Source: Phycisphaerae bacterium
Lineage (GTDB): Bacteria > Planctomycetota > Phycisphaerae > WQYP01
Direction of reading: 5' to 3'
Assembly (NCBI GenBank): GCA_027344975.1
Contig: DAHWIP010000001.1
Span: 1 to 32,294 of the forward strand
DNA: 32,294 nucleotides
The translations under genes were made by a program, and so were the position numbers. This document shows, piece by piece, positions 1 to 8,772 of the stretch. Numbering within the stretch: the first letter of the stretch is position 1; every line of letters begins with the position of its first letter. The notes below the pieces were generated by a model that worked only from the letters and a program-made list of their open reading frames with translations, did no database searches and was not told where the DNA came from.

Positions 1-379
1 CGTTTTCCGCCAGAATCAAGCGAATAAACCGCTCCACGCCATCGCTGAGGATGGCGACGGGAACATGCCGCGTTCGCAGCAACTGTAGCAGCGGGCCAAA
101 GCCGGGGTCAATCGGTATACGGCGTACAAAGTCAGTGAGTTCCGGTGTGGCCACCCGCAAAAGAGCGAATTCTTCACGAAGACAGTCGTACGAACCGATC
201 AATCCGGCTGCCCAGCGTTCTTCAATCAGACGCCACGAATCGTTTCTGGCGAATTGACGAATCAAATCATCGAGCACATCCCGTTTCGAGATCGTGCCGT
301 CAAAATCGATCCACACCTGTGAGTCTGACGGAGTTAAACGGCCGAAATCGTCCAATGGAAATACCTCATTATCGGGCAT
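1..379 (-). CDS. HAD-superfamily (subfamily IB, PSPase/MtnX-like) phosphatase, 5' part only; gene runs off the left edge
   Basis: The minus-strand frame is open from ATG at 379 to position 1. It is absent from the ORF track because it has no stop in the window. Hand translation: MPDNEVFPLDDFGRLTPSDSQVWIDFDGTISKRDVLDDL...HVPVAILSDGVERFI. DFDGT matches HAD motif I (DxDxT) and ILSDG matches motif II. Confidence 0.7.
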   Translation of the reverse strand, partial: MPDNEVFPLDDFGRLTPSDSQVWIDFDGTISKRDVLDDLIRQFARNDSWRLIEERWAAGLIGSYDCLREEFALLRVATPELTDFVRRIPIDPGFGPLLQLLRTRHVPVAILSDGVERFIRLILAEN

Positions 380-506
380 TGCTGCCCATACCTTCTCTTT
401 TACCACCGTCTGCAACTTTTATGTTTGCCGACCGTTACAGTAGTTTAGGTGATAATACAGGCGTTAGGCAAGCATCTTTGTGGTGTAGCGGGTAAGGTAT
501 TTCCCT

Positions 507-1064
507 ATGAAAATGACCAAGACCGCATCGACTGATGCGGCGACACCCGTACATAAACGCCACGCCGAGGCATCCGAGCCGACACAACTTGACCGGTATT
601 TCATGAATTTGGCTTTGGAAGAGGCACAACACGCCGCGTCGATTGGCGAGGTGCCCGTGGGCGCTGTTATCGTGCGCTTTTCCGCTGGCGCAGAACCTGC
701 AGTTGTATCTACGTCTCATAACCAGAGGGAATCATTGCATGATCCGACGGCTCATGCGGAAATACTCGCCTTACGCGCAGCGGGCGAAAAACTCGGCAAT
801 TGGCAATTAATCGATTGTGATCTATACGTGACCCTTGAACCGTGTCCCATGTGTGCCGGCGCGCTCATCAACGCCCGCATAAGACGGATTATCTTCGGGT
901 GCCGGGACCCCAAAGCGGGAGCTGTCGGGTCGCTCTACAACCTCCCGGCTGACGGGCGATTCAATCATCGGCCGCATATATTGGAAGGTGTTCAGGCGCA
1001 GGAGGCCGGTCGCCTGCTGAAAGACTTTTTTTCCGCCCGCCGTAAAAATCCCAGTCGAGTTTGA
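507..1064 (+). CDS. tadA: tRNA-specific adenosine deaminase TadA
   Basis: 185-aa ORF with the cytidine/deoxycytidylate deaminase zinc motifs HAEILALR and PCPMCAGAL. Size and motif spacing are typical of TadA. Confidence 0.9.
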   Translation: MKMTKTASTDAATPVHKRHAEASEPTQLDRYFMNLALEEAQHAASIGEVPVGAVIVRFSAGAEPAVVSTSHNQRESLHDPTAHAEILALRAAGEKLGNWQLIDCDLYVTLEPCPMCAGALINARIRRIIFGCRDPKAGAVGSLYNLPADGRFNHRPHILEGVQAQEAGRLLKDFFSARRKNPSRV

Positions 1065-1092
1065 GCGACGGAAATTCCGTCTGCCGCGTCCA

Positions 1093-2418
1093 TCAACTTA
1101 CCACATCCGATTCGGGAGCCGGTTTTTCCGTTTGCTCAGCGCGAAGTTTCGGATCGAGCGGCGGCTGGACGAGTTTCTGCAGCATGGCATTCCACGCTTC
1201 CAGACAGCGCGTATCCTTATAAAGCCGCTCGTTGGCGGCCTGACCGCGGCGTCCCATGAGTTCCAAGTTCGGATCATGTGGAAGCGATTTTATCAGTTCG
1301 GCCAGTCCGTCCACATCATCGTTTTTAACTACAAAGCCACACTTGTTTTCAGTTAATACCATGGCCACTTCCGAACGCGGACTGCCGACAAAAATAGCTG
1401 GCCGCCCCGCGCCCATGATGCCGTAAACTTTGGAAGGGAGCATCACTCCGGTGGCCCGTTCCAGCAGACTGATCATGTGAACATTGCCCAAGGCGAGCAG
1501 GTCGGAGAGTTTCGCTCGCGGCTGGTAAGGTTTGATGAGGACATTGTCGAGTTTTTTATCCTGCACGTAGGCTTTGAGTTCTTCGGCCCGCTTTCCCCCG
1601 CCGACAAACACAAATCGGATATCCGGATGGTCGTGCAGCATTTCGGCCGCAAGATAAAGCGTTTTGGCATCGTGGCCGATGCCAAGATTGCCGGAGTACA
1701 TGACCACGAATTTGCCTTCAAGCTGCCATTCTTTCCGATAAGTGCTCTGTTCCGGGGATTTGACCTGTGTTTCTTCCGCCACATTCCAGACGGGAATCAC
1801 AGCACAGCGCTGCGCCGGCGCCCCTTTGGCCATGACCAGATTTTCCATGCAGCGGCCGAGCAGAACATTGCAGTCCGCATGCCGCAGGGTGAAATTATTA
1901 ACCGCGCCAAGAGCCTTGGCCAGCAGTGAATCGCCCCGCATCATGCCGCAGGCGATGGGCGTATCGGGGTAGAGATCCATCACCCAGTAAACAAATTTCG
2001 TGCCGCGCAGCAGCTTGCGGAGATAGCCGACCGTCGCAATGAACGGGGGAGTTGTCAACGCGATGATGACATCGGCACGAGGCAATGTGATGACGCGCAG
2101 AAGGGCCAGAACATAAAAGAGGCCGAAATCAATAAGGCGAAGGGCAATCGATTTTTTACCAAATAAACTCAGCCCCACGCGGTGGATATCGATCCCCTCG
2201 ACGGTCTCGCGACTCGGGAGTTTGGCACCGGCTTCGCCGTAGAGGCTGCGAGAGGTAACGACGGTTACCTGATGCCCCTGTCGGCTGAGATAACGGCAAA
2301 GATCAAAGCTGTGTTGGGCGGTGGAGGCCAGATCGGGATAAAACGTCTGATTCACCAGAATGATTTTCAAGGTCGTCGCTTCCATCGTGCCACCGGCCGC
2401 CTGCGCCGCCGCCGACAC
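1093..2418 (-). CDS. Glycosyltransferase family 4 (WcaI-like)
   Basis: 441-aa ORF. The N-terminus LKIILVNQTFYPDLASTAQHSFDLCRYLSRQGHQVTVVTS and the C-terminal GT-B Rossmann half (VVMYSGNLGIGHD...) are typical of GT4/WcaI-type enzymes. The true start may be ATG 2385 (MEATTLKII). Confidence 0.85.
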   Translation of the reverse strand: MSAAAQAAGGTMEATTLKIILVNQTFYPDLASTAQHSFDLCRYLSRQGHQVTVVTSRSLYGEAGAKLPSRETVEGIDIHRVGLSLFGKKSIALRLIDFGLFYVLALLRVITLPRADVIIALTTPPFIATVGYLRKLLRGTKFVYWVMDLYPDTPIACGMMRGDSLLAKALGAVNNFTLRHADCNVLLGRCMENLVMAKGAPAQRCAVIPVWNVAEETQVKSPEQSTYRKEWQLEGKFVVMYSGNLGIGHDAKTLYLAAEMLHDHPDIRFVFVGGGKRAEELKAYVQDKKLDNVLIKPYQPRAKLSDLLALGNVHMISLLERATGVMLPSKVYGIMGAGRPAIFVGSPRSEVAMVLTENKCGFVVKNDDVDGLAELIKSLPHDPNLELMGRRGQAANERLYKDTRCLEAWNAMLQKLVQPPLDPKLRAEQTEKPAPESDVVS

Positions 2419-2788
2419 TCTGGCGCACAGCGCCCGACCGACCGGGCCCTGCGTAGATTATCGGCGAAAATCACCAATTGCTCCACGCCGAAAACCTCCG
2501 ACAGGCGGACGCCACCGATTCCTGCCACCCGCAAGGCACAGGGACCCCCGGTGTGGTAGCAAGTCGCAAACAGGATCGGGATGCAATGTAGCGGAGTTAA
2601 GGTGGCATAACGGAGATATCATGGCTCGCTGAAATTGTTTCTCCTTTGGTTCAAGTGTTTGCGAACATAGCTGAAATTTCGAGGGCCCGCCATTGTTCGG
2701 TCGTGGGCTATCGCCACCCCACCTTACGGTTTCGGCCGAGGCTCGCCTGTCGGTCGGTCATTGCCCGCATGGCGGGAAATTCGGTGCG

Positions 2789-4567
2789 TTACGTGGTGCG
2801 TACGATTAATTTCTCGGGGCAGCGGAGCACCAGTCCGGGCCGCCAACGAAGCGACTTTTGAGCAAGCGCCGCATGGGGAAATCGGTGAAAAAATTCGGTC
2901 AACGCCATCTGGGCTTCGAGTTTGGCCAACATGGCTCCCAGGCAGTAGTGAATGCCGAAACCGAAGGCGATGTGGCGGTTTTCTGTGCGCTCCACGTTAA
3001 AGCGCTCCGGCTCGTCGAATACCGACGGGTCCCGGTTGGCCGCCCCGATCCCCGCCAGCACGAGGTCTCCGCGATAAATGGTACAGCCGTTCAACGTGAC
3101 ATCCGTCATGGCGACGCGGCCCGTCCACTGCACGGGGCTTTCAAACCGCAGAATCTCCTCCACGGCGCCCGCCATCGATTTTTCATCTCTCAGAGCGGCG
3201 GCCCGCTGATCCGGATGGTGCAACAGCAATAATATTCCATTGGTGATCAGACTGGTGGTGGTTTCATGCCCGGCCATCAGCAGCAGCATGCAGTTGGCGA
3301 TGAATTCCTCCTGCGGCAGTTCCGCGGCATCGCCGTCCAGAAGTGCCCCGAGCATCCCCTCCTTCGGGTTATCAGAGAGCTTCTGCTGCAGATAATCGCT
3401 GAATTCGGCGTAGGCGGCGTCGGCGCGAGTCAGATCGTCCAGCGAAGAGTGAATTCCGATGGCCGGTACCATGCGGTCCGACCATGCCGCCAATTTGGGT
3501 GCATCGTCCTGCGGCAATCCCATCATGCCGGTGATGACCATCGTGGGAAGCGGCCCGGAAAATTCTTCGATGACATCAAACCGCTCCATTGCGGCCATGC
3601 GATCGAGCAATTGATGAATCGTCATCACCAGGCGACTGCGGATGAGTTCCATGGACACAGAGTTAAATACCCGCATGAATGCCGAGCGAATCCGTGTATG
3701 GCGCGGGGGATCGGCAAAGAGCATCATGGCCGGCAGACCACGGTGACTTTCCGGTGCTCCAAGCTGACGGCGCACGGCGGCGGGAAATCCGTCGGAGATG
3801 AACGGAGCCCGGCCGAAACGAGCGTCCCTGATAATCGACTGCACATCTTTGTAATTCACCGCGACAAACGCCGGCAGCAGCGGATCAAGTGCAAAAGGCC
3901 TTTCCCGCCGCAGATAACCATACATGCGGAACGGATCGGTGCGATAGCCAGGGTGCAGCAGGCTTTTCCGGGCCAGAATTTTCCATGGGATACCGGCCAG
4001 TGAGGCGGTGGTCTTAAATGACGGAATCCGCGGCATCACCGGGCGAAACACGCTGGCCGCCTCCAGCCCCAGCGCCCAACGGCGACGCAGATTGGATTCG
4101 CGTTGCCATTTTCGCCAGCACGCCTTAAGCCGCGCCGGCGTCAGGCCATGATCGCGCATCAATTGGCCGACGGGCAGATCGCTTGCCGCGAGAGCCATCA
4201 GCAGATGCGAGGTGGAAATGTACGACCGCCCGAGCGATTCGGAGAGCAAACGGGCCTGAACCAGCAATTGCATCAGCGCTGCGGAATAATAAATGTCGTC
4301 GGCAGAACGCGCCTCACTCCGGGCAAATTCCGCCACCCGGTCCTGCAACGCCTTTATATCCGCCCCACTCCGCTTTAGCAGGTATTGGGCACCGCTGCGG
4401 GATGATCGGAGCAGGGCAAGCAGGAGATGATGAGGTTCGACACTGGATTGCCCATCGGCATATTGGGTGGCATCCTGCAGGACCAGGCGCGTCCGCGGAG
4501 GGAGCCATTCCCATAGCGGGGAAACGGATTGAAGATGCGTCGCTTTGGCCGTTTCACTTGCCGACAT
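2789..4567 (-). CDS. Cytochrome P450 with an N-terminal Clp_N (Clp R) repeat domain
   Basis: 592-aa ORF. The C-terminal ~380 aa carry P450 signatures: I-helix AGHETTT, K-helix EILRFESP and heme loop FGFGIHYCLG. The N-terminal ~170 aa carry two Clp_N-type repeats (VEPHHLLLALLRS...GADIKAL and YISTSHLLMALAAS...GLTPARL). Confidence 0.85.
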   Translation of the reverse strand: MSASETAKATHLQSVSPLWEWLPPRTRLVLQDATQYADGQSSVEPHHLLLALLRSSRSGAQYLLKRSGADIKALQDRVAEFARSEARSADDIYYSAALMQLLVQARLLSESLGRSYISTSHLLMALAASDLPVGQLMRDHGLTPARLKACWRKWQRESNLRRRWALGLEAASVFRPVMPRIPSFKTTASLAGIPWKILARKSLLHPGYRTDPFRMYGYLRRERPFALDPLLPAFVAVNYKDVQSIIRDARFGRAPFISDGFPAAVRRQLGAPESHRGLPAMMLFADPPRHTRIRSAFMRVFNSVSMELIRSRLVMTIHQLLDRMAAMERFDVIEEFSGPLPTMVITGMMGLPQDDAPKLAAWSDRMVPAIGIHSSLDDLTRADAAYAEFSDYLQQKLSDNPKEGMLGALLDGDAAELPQEEFIANCMLLLMAGHETTTSLITNGILLLLHHPDQRAAALRDEKSMAGAVEEILRFESPVQWTGRVAMTDVTLNGCTIYRGDLVLAGIGAANRDPSVFDEPERFNVERTENRHIAFGFGIHYCLGAMLAKLEAQMALTEFFHRFPHAALAQKSLRWRPGLVLRCPEKLIVRTT

Positions 4568-4750
4568 GAGATGGATTCACCGCCCTGTGAGAAATAAACG
4601 TCCTCTGCATCCACGGCCCCCAATGGCGTTCCCCGTGGCCTGATGGTAGCAAGGCGGCAGGAGAATTTCTCGCCCGATCGGGTGCACCGTGGCAGACGGT
4701 GCCGCCAGCCGCTTTTCGCCGTGCCCCGCCGGGGCAAAGCGTCGCAGGTT

Positions 4751-5176
4751 TTATTCACCTTGCAGCTTAAAAATGGCGACGGGCTTGGGCTTGGGACGCT
4801 CTGGCGGCCGAAACGCCGTTTCAAAATCAAAAACATCGTTGAAATCGTCGAGCGAGTCAGTCGGCGTTTTGTGCAGGACGCCATGCGCGATCATCGCGTA
4901 GACAATACGGCCGAAATCTCGGGTGCAATGTACACCCCAATGGGCCAGTACGGCCGGCGCCAGATGTCCGTAGCGTTTGATGGCGTAGGCTTTCAGCCCA
5001 TGGGCCAATTGCTGGCCGCTGACATGACGCGAATCCTGATCCAGCGACTCGTAATTCGGGTGGACATTCATGACGGTGTACGCCAGGCCGCGCTGGACAA
5101 ATTCGAAGGCAGCGGGCGGAAATTCCGGCTCTGCCGTCGTCTCGCAGGGTAACTGTTTTTTGACTGTTTCGTCCAT
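4751..5176 (-). CDS. Minf_1886-like conserved protein (Verrucomicrobia/Planctomycetes-restricted family, recalled as TIGR04138)
   Basis: The ORF track gives 4751..5209 with a TTG start; ATG at 5176 (MDETVKK) is more likely. The core ...RHVSGQQLAHGLKAYAIKRYGHLAPAVLAHWGVHCTRDFGRIVYAMIAHGVL.KT..DSLDDF matches my memory of that family. The family assignment is from memory only. Confidence 0.6.
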   Translation of the reverse strand: MDETVKKQLPCETTAEPEFPPAAFEFVQRGLAYTVMNVHPNYESLDQDSRHVSGQQLAHGLKAYAIKRYGHLAPAVLAHWGVHCTRDFGRIVYAMIAHGVLHKTPTDSLDDFNDVFDFETAFRPPERPKPKPVAIFKLQGE

Positions 5177-5518
5177 GTAACCAAACCTAAACCCAGTTTC
5201 ACCTCTCAACAGCGCATTATAGTTTATTCGCGGAGCCTACGCAGCCTGTGGCGTTCCGGGCGTTTTTTTGCGGCCAATATGGCGATTTTTTGCATTTTTT
5301 AACCGCCGCCTTCACAGCGCACAGCGTCGGGGAAGGGGCGACATCCACTGCGGAAGACGCCCGGGGATGAGAAAAATGGGCGACCGCCGCCATATTTTTT
5401 CAAGTAAAATTTGCGGTCGACGTATCCGCAGATTATATTTAATGTTTGTCCGCATCGCCTGGGGCCCGGACGCACCACCGTGGGAACTTTAACTCGTGCA
5501 CCCTTGGGAGGAATTTTC

Positions 5519-7588
5519 ATGAAATGTCGTGGGGTTGTTGGGCTCGCGGCTGCTGCGGCAGTCGTGGCCATGGGCGTTCACACTTCTTCGGCTACCGTCT
5601 ATACCTTTAATACCAACACCGGCGTGATGACTACCACGGGCGGTACGGCGACCGGGGGCGTGATGACGTCGGGCACTACGCCTGATGGGGAGGTGTTCGC
5701 ATTCAGTGGGAACGTGTCGTTTAATGCCGGGGATGTGATCAACGTCACCGGCTCCAGGCCCATTGTAATTTCGTCCTATAACGATATGTCTGTCGCATTG
5801 GGCGTCACCATCAATCTTTCCGCCAGTGGCACGTATGCCGGGCCGGGCGGCGGGGCTGGTGGCGTCGGGGGTAGCGGTGGTTCCGGGGGCACTGGAGGCA
5901 GTCCGCCTCTTGTCGGACCGCTGGCTGCGGTCGGGGCATTAAATGGCGGCTTCGGCGGGGCGGGAGGCGGATCATATTCCTCCGGTAGCGGCGGCCAGCC
6001 GGGCCAAAGCGGGGCCGGATTCGATGGAACCGGAGGCTCGAACGGTGCTGCGGGTACCGCGGGTTCGGCAGGCTCGGCGCCGTTTGGTGCCACGGTCACA
6101 GCGCCGGGCGGGGCCAGTGGCGGAGGGTTCGGTCAGGGCGGACTGCCTGGTGTCAACGGCCAAGCCGGGCAAGGCGGGGCAGGAGGCTCTGCAGGGTTTA
6201 CGTTAAATCCGGGTCAATTTGGCAAGAACGGGAACAATGGCGCTAATGGCGGTAACGGCATTAACGGCGGCGACGGTGGTTCTGGGGCCAATGGAGTTAA
6301 TCCTGCCTCCTTCACCTTGCTGACGGGCGGAGCTGGTGGGGCCGGTGGTGGCGGCGGCCAAGGGGGTGGTGGAGGCGGCACCGGCGGAGTTGGCGGAGGG
6401 GGAGGTGGTGGCGGTGGCGGAGCGGGATCCATCTTCGGTGGCGGCGGCTCCGGCGGTAATGGTGGCGCAGGCGGCTTGGGCGGCTCTGGCGGAGGCGGTG
6501 GAGCAGGTGGATCGGGCGGCAACGGCGGAGGCGGTGGCGGCGCCATTGAACTCTTCGCAGCCGGTCGCCTCACCGTCAACGGATCGGTTTACTCAACGGG
6601 ATCAGCTGGTAAATCCGGCACCGCTGGTGCGGGCGGATCATATGCCGGGCCGATCGGCATGGGGCTGCCCGGACAACTGGGCAATGCTGCGGCAAGTGGC
6701 AGTAATTCGGCCGCTGGCGGTCAGGGTGGGTACGGTGGGAATGGCGGCTTCGGCGGAGCGGGTGGCGGGGGCGGAGCCGGAGGGGCGGGCGGCGCCGGGG
6801 CCGGGGGCACCATCGTCCTGGCCGGCTCGTCGGTCAATGCATCCAACGGCGCATTTAATACGCTTGGCGGAGGGGATGCTTCCACCAACGGTAAATTCTT
6901 CATCGCCACCAACAGCCAGATCGCTCCCATCAAAAATGTTTTCGGCGGGCCTCCCATCTACAGCGCCGGACCGGTCGGCAATAACCCCTATATCAGCGGC
7001 ACCGCGACGCCCAATATCCCCGACTTGGCTGGCGGTGTCGCAGCCCCGTACGGCATCCTCGCCAATCTGCAGGCAAATAACCCCGCACTTTACACGCTTG
7101 CCGTCAACGCACCCTTCCATTCCCTGGCCGCTGTCCTGCTGGGCAGCAGCGGTTTGCCCGGCTATTCGGATGTCTTTCCCGGTTACCAATGGGTGTTCGT
7201 TGTCAACCTGAGCGGTTCGTCGATCAACAACCTGAAAATCGGCATCAGTTCCACTTCCACTACCTACGAGGCCGCTCTCATGCAGCAGGTCCTCTCCACG
7301 GCCGGCGGCACCATCAACGTCCAAACCGACAGCAATATTGTCCTGCCCGGAAATGATGTCTACGCTTTTCTGGCCCCGACATCACTCATTGACTCCGGCA
7401 CGCTCTACGCCACCGCGGATGGCGCCGTGCCGCTGACGATGAACTCCTATTACGGCCTGGTGACCCCCGGATTTTTCCCTGTTGAATATCTGCAATCGGC
7501 TGCGGCAACGCCCGAACCCGCCGATGGGGCCATCACTCTGGCCGCCTTGGCGGGGCTCTCACTGCTGCCCCGCCGCCGACGGACTTGA
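5519..7588 (+). CDS. Very large glycine-rich (PGRS-like GGX repeat) secreted protein with C-terminal PEP-CTERM sorting signal
   Basis: The track ORF is 5411..7588. ATG 5519 is preceded by GGGAGGA and gives the signal peptide MKCRGVVGLAAAAAVVAMGVHTSSA. The central ~330 aa are almost pure GGxGG/GGNGG repeats. The C-terminus TPEPADGAITLAALAGLSLLPRRRRT has the PEP motif, a TM helix and an Arg cluster. Confidence 0.8.
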   Translation: MKCRGVVGLAAAAAVVAMGVHTSSATVYTFNTNTGVMTTTGGTATGGVMTSGTTPDGEVFAFSGNVSFNAGDVINVTGSRPIVISSYNDMSVALGVTINLSASGTYAGPGGGAGGVGGSGGSGGTGGSPPLVGPLAAVGALNGGFGGAGGGSYSSGSGGQPGQSGAGFDGTGGSNGAAGTAGSAGSAPFGATVTAPGGASGGGFGQGGLPGVNGQAGQGGAGGSAGFTLNPGQFGKNGNNGANGGNGINGGDGGSGANGVNPASFTLLTGGAGGAGGGGGQGGGGGGTGGVGGGGGGGGGGAGSIFGGGGSGGNGGAGGLGGSGGGGGAGGSGGNGGGGGGAIELFAAGRLTVNGSVYSTGSAGKSGTAGAGGSYAGPIGMGLPGQLGNAAASGSNSAAGGQGGYGGNGGFGGAGGGGGAGGAGGAGAGGTIVLAGSSVNASNGAFNTLGGGDASTNGKFFIATNSQIAPIKNVFGGPPIYSAGPVGNNPYISGTATPNIPDLAGGVAAPYGILANLQANNPALYTLAVNAPFHSLAAVLLGSSGLPGYSDVFPGYQWVFVVNLSGSSINNLKIGISSTSTTYEAALMQQVLSTAGGTINVQTDSNIVLPGNDVYAFLAPTSLIDSGTLYATADGAVPLTMNSYYGLVTPGFFPVEYLQSAAATPEPADGAITLAALAGLSLLPRRRRT

Positions 7589-7770
7589 CGCGCGCCGCCA
7601 CAGCGCTCTATTTCTGCGGCGAGTCGCGGCGGCTAAACCGTGTGAGGCTTGAATGTCCCCCGGCGGGCCGGAACCATGAAGAGATGCGGGGTGAGGCGCA
7701 CCATGCAGTTAAATGGACCCTATCGGCCGCACCTTGCCACCCTGCGTCCGAGGGAAATACCGGGGCCGCT

Positions 7771-7820
7771 AAAAAAGGAAAAAAAATGGGGTGTTCAGCT
7801 TATTAGGCGTGAACGACCCC
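7771..7820 (-). terminator. Rho-independent terminator for the minus-strand glycine-zipper gene
   Basis: Hairpin GGGGTGTTCAGC...GTGAACGACCCC (7788..7820). On the minus strand it is followed by a T run (complement of AAAAAAGGAAAAAAAA at 7771..7786). It lies in a convergent gap. Confidence 0.5.
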
Positions 7821-7875
7821 ATCGCTCGCCTCTCCACTCGGTCGTGATCTCCAGCTGAGATACCCCATAACCAAT

Positions 7876-8418
7876 TTAATGTTTTTCGGATTTGACTTTC
7901 CGTTCACCAGCTCGCTGCCAGGAATCCTTAACGGCTGGCTTGGCATGTTCCCAAGCCAATGTCGAAGTCCCGTGGCGGGAATTCCAATCTTGGGCGAGTT
8001 TCGATTCATGTTCCTCGAATGTACCTTCAACGTTACCTGTGCGAGATTCCCAGCCATATTGGTAGGCTGGTCCGTACTGCTCGTAACCGGTTCCCTTTTT
8101 TACGTACGGCCGTGTCTCAAAAACTGAACGCCAGTAACCATGCTCTACCGTCGGATCAATTTTCTCGGCAACGGCTTTACCCGCCAAGCCACCGACCAAC
8201 CCGCCGACAACGGCGCCGGTCACTCCGCCGACGACCGTTCCCACCGGTCCGGCAACTGTCCCGACCGTGGCGCCAACAGCCACGCCTCCCACCACGCCAC
8301 CAGCCACGGCTCCAACACCGGTCCCGACGGGGTGTGAACCGGGCTCGCCGGTAATAGCGTCACAGTTCGCATCGTCTTTCGACTTTTTTATTTCTTCGGT
8401 TTCATTACGATTATTCAC
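7876..8418 (-). CDS. Glycine-zipper membrane protein with conserved C-terminal Trp/Tyr-rich stress-protein-like domain
   Basis: 180-aa ORF with a GTG start 7 nt after AGGAG. The central segment GTGVGAVAGGVVGGVAVGATVGTVAGPVGTVVGGVTGAVVGGLVGGLAG is a glycine zipper. The C-terminal HGYWRSVFETRPY...YGPAYQYGWE...LAWEHAKPAVKDSWQR resembles a widespread uncharacterised domain. It is preceded by a sigma-54 promoter match. Confidence 0.75.
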   Translation of the reverse strand: MNNRNETEEIKKSKDDANCDAITGEPGSHPVGTGVGAVAGGVVGGVAVGATVGTVAGPVGTVVGGVTGAVVGGLVGGLAGKAVAEKIDPTVEHGYWRSVFETRPYVKKGTGYEQYGPAYQYGWESRTGNVEGTFEEHESKLAQDWNSRHGTSTLAWEHAKPAVKDSWQRAGERKVKSEKH

Positions 8419-8504
8419 AAGACAACTCCTGAAAATTTGAGATTAACCCAGCCCAGCGTCCCACAGATTAAATCCATAAAGAGACGCGTGCCATCCGCTT
8501 CATA

Positions 8505-8520
8505 TGCAAAGGGTGTACCA
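8505..8520 (-). promoter_or_regulatory. Sigma-54 (-24/-12) promoter match, drives glycine-zipper gene
   Basis: The minus strand reads TGGTACACCCTTTGCA, with GG-N10-GC spacing as in the consensus TGGCAC-N5-TTGCW. It is intergenic, about 87 nt upstream of the GTG start at 8418. Confidence 0.6.
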
Positions 8521-8772
8521 CGCGACGAATATTGCCCTGTCGGCTGAGGACTTTTTGCGGGCTTAGGGAATAGACGCCCGATCCTACCTCCACAGCCTGA
8601 TGTCGATATTTTGACGCACATCAGTGTCGCGCCAGCTGCGGCTCACATCATCTGAACCGCCCTTAAACCCGCGATTTCTAAGCCTCAGCGCTCGATGATT
8701 CTTTATTCGCTAATTCCCGCCAGGCAATCCGAAATACTTACTGAAGTGAACCGACGCGGTCGAAATTACCTC

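Noticed and set aside
2419-2788. 370-nt gap between the glycosyltransferase and P450 genes, checked for tRNA, sRNA or small ORFs
   Set aside because: There is no cloverleaf or T-loop (GGTTCGAATCC-like with a complementary arm), no sigma-54 box with correct spacing and no convincing ORF (2646..2861 is Arg-rich noise). Only a weak CCCGC-ATG-GCGGG hairpin near 2765 is present. I left the region unassigned.
3266-4003. 245-aa plus-strand ORF antisense to the P450 gene (also 2858..3232, 4103..4569)
   Set aside because: These are shadow ORFs opposite a gene with clear P450 signatures.
5280-5294. Sigma-54-like TGGCGATTTTTTGCA upstream of the Gly-rich PEP-CTERM gene
   Set aside because: The GG-to-GC spacing is one nucleotide shorter than canonical (11 instead of 12 between the first G of each element). 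Sigma-54 is intolerant of spacing changes, so I did not count it.
5776-6957. Pro-rich minus-strand ORFs (5776..6099, 6214..6579, 6721..6957) and plus-strand alternative-frame ORFs (5943..6206, 6336..7211) inside the Gly-rich gene
   Set aside because: They are frame shadows of the GGN-repeat DNA (GGN read antisense gives NCC, hence Pro/Ala runs). They have no start context or signal features. The plus-strand frame with a signal peptide and PEP-CTERM tail explains the region.
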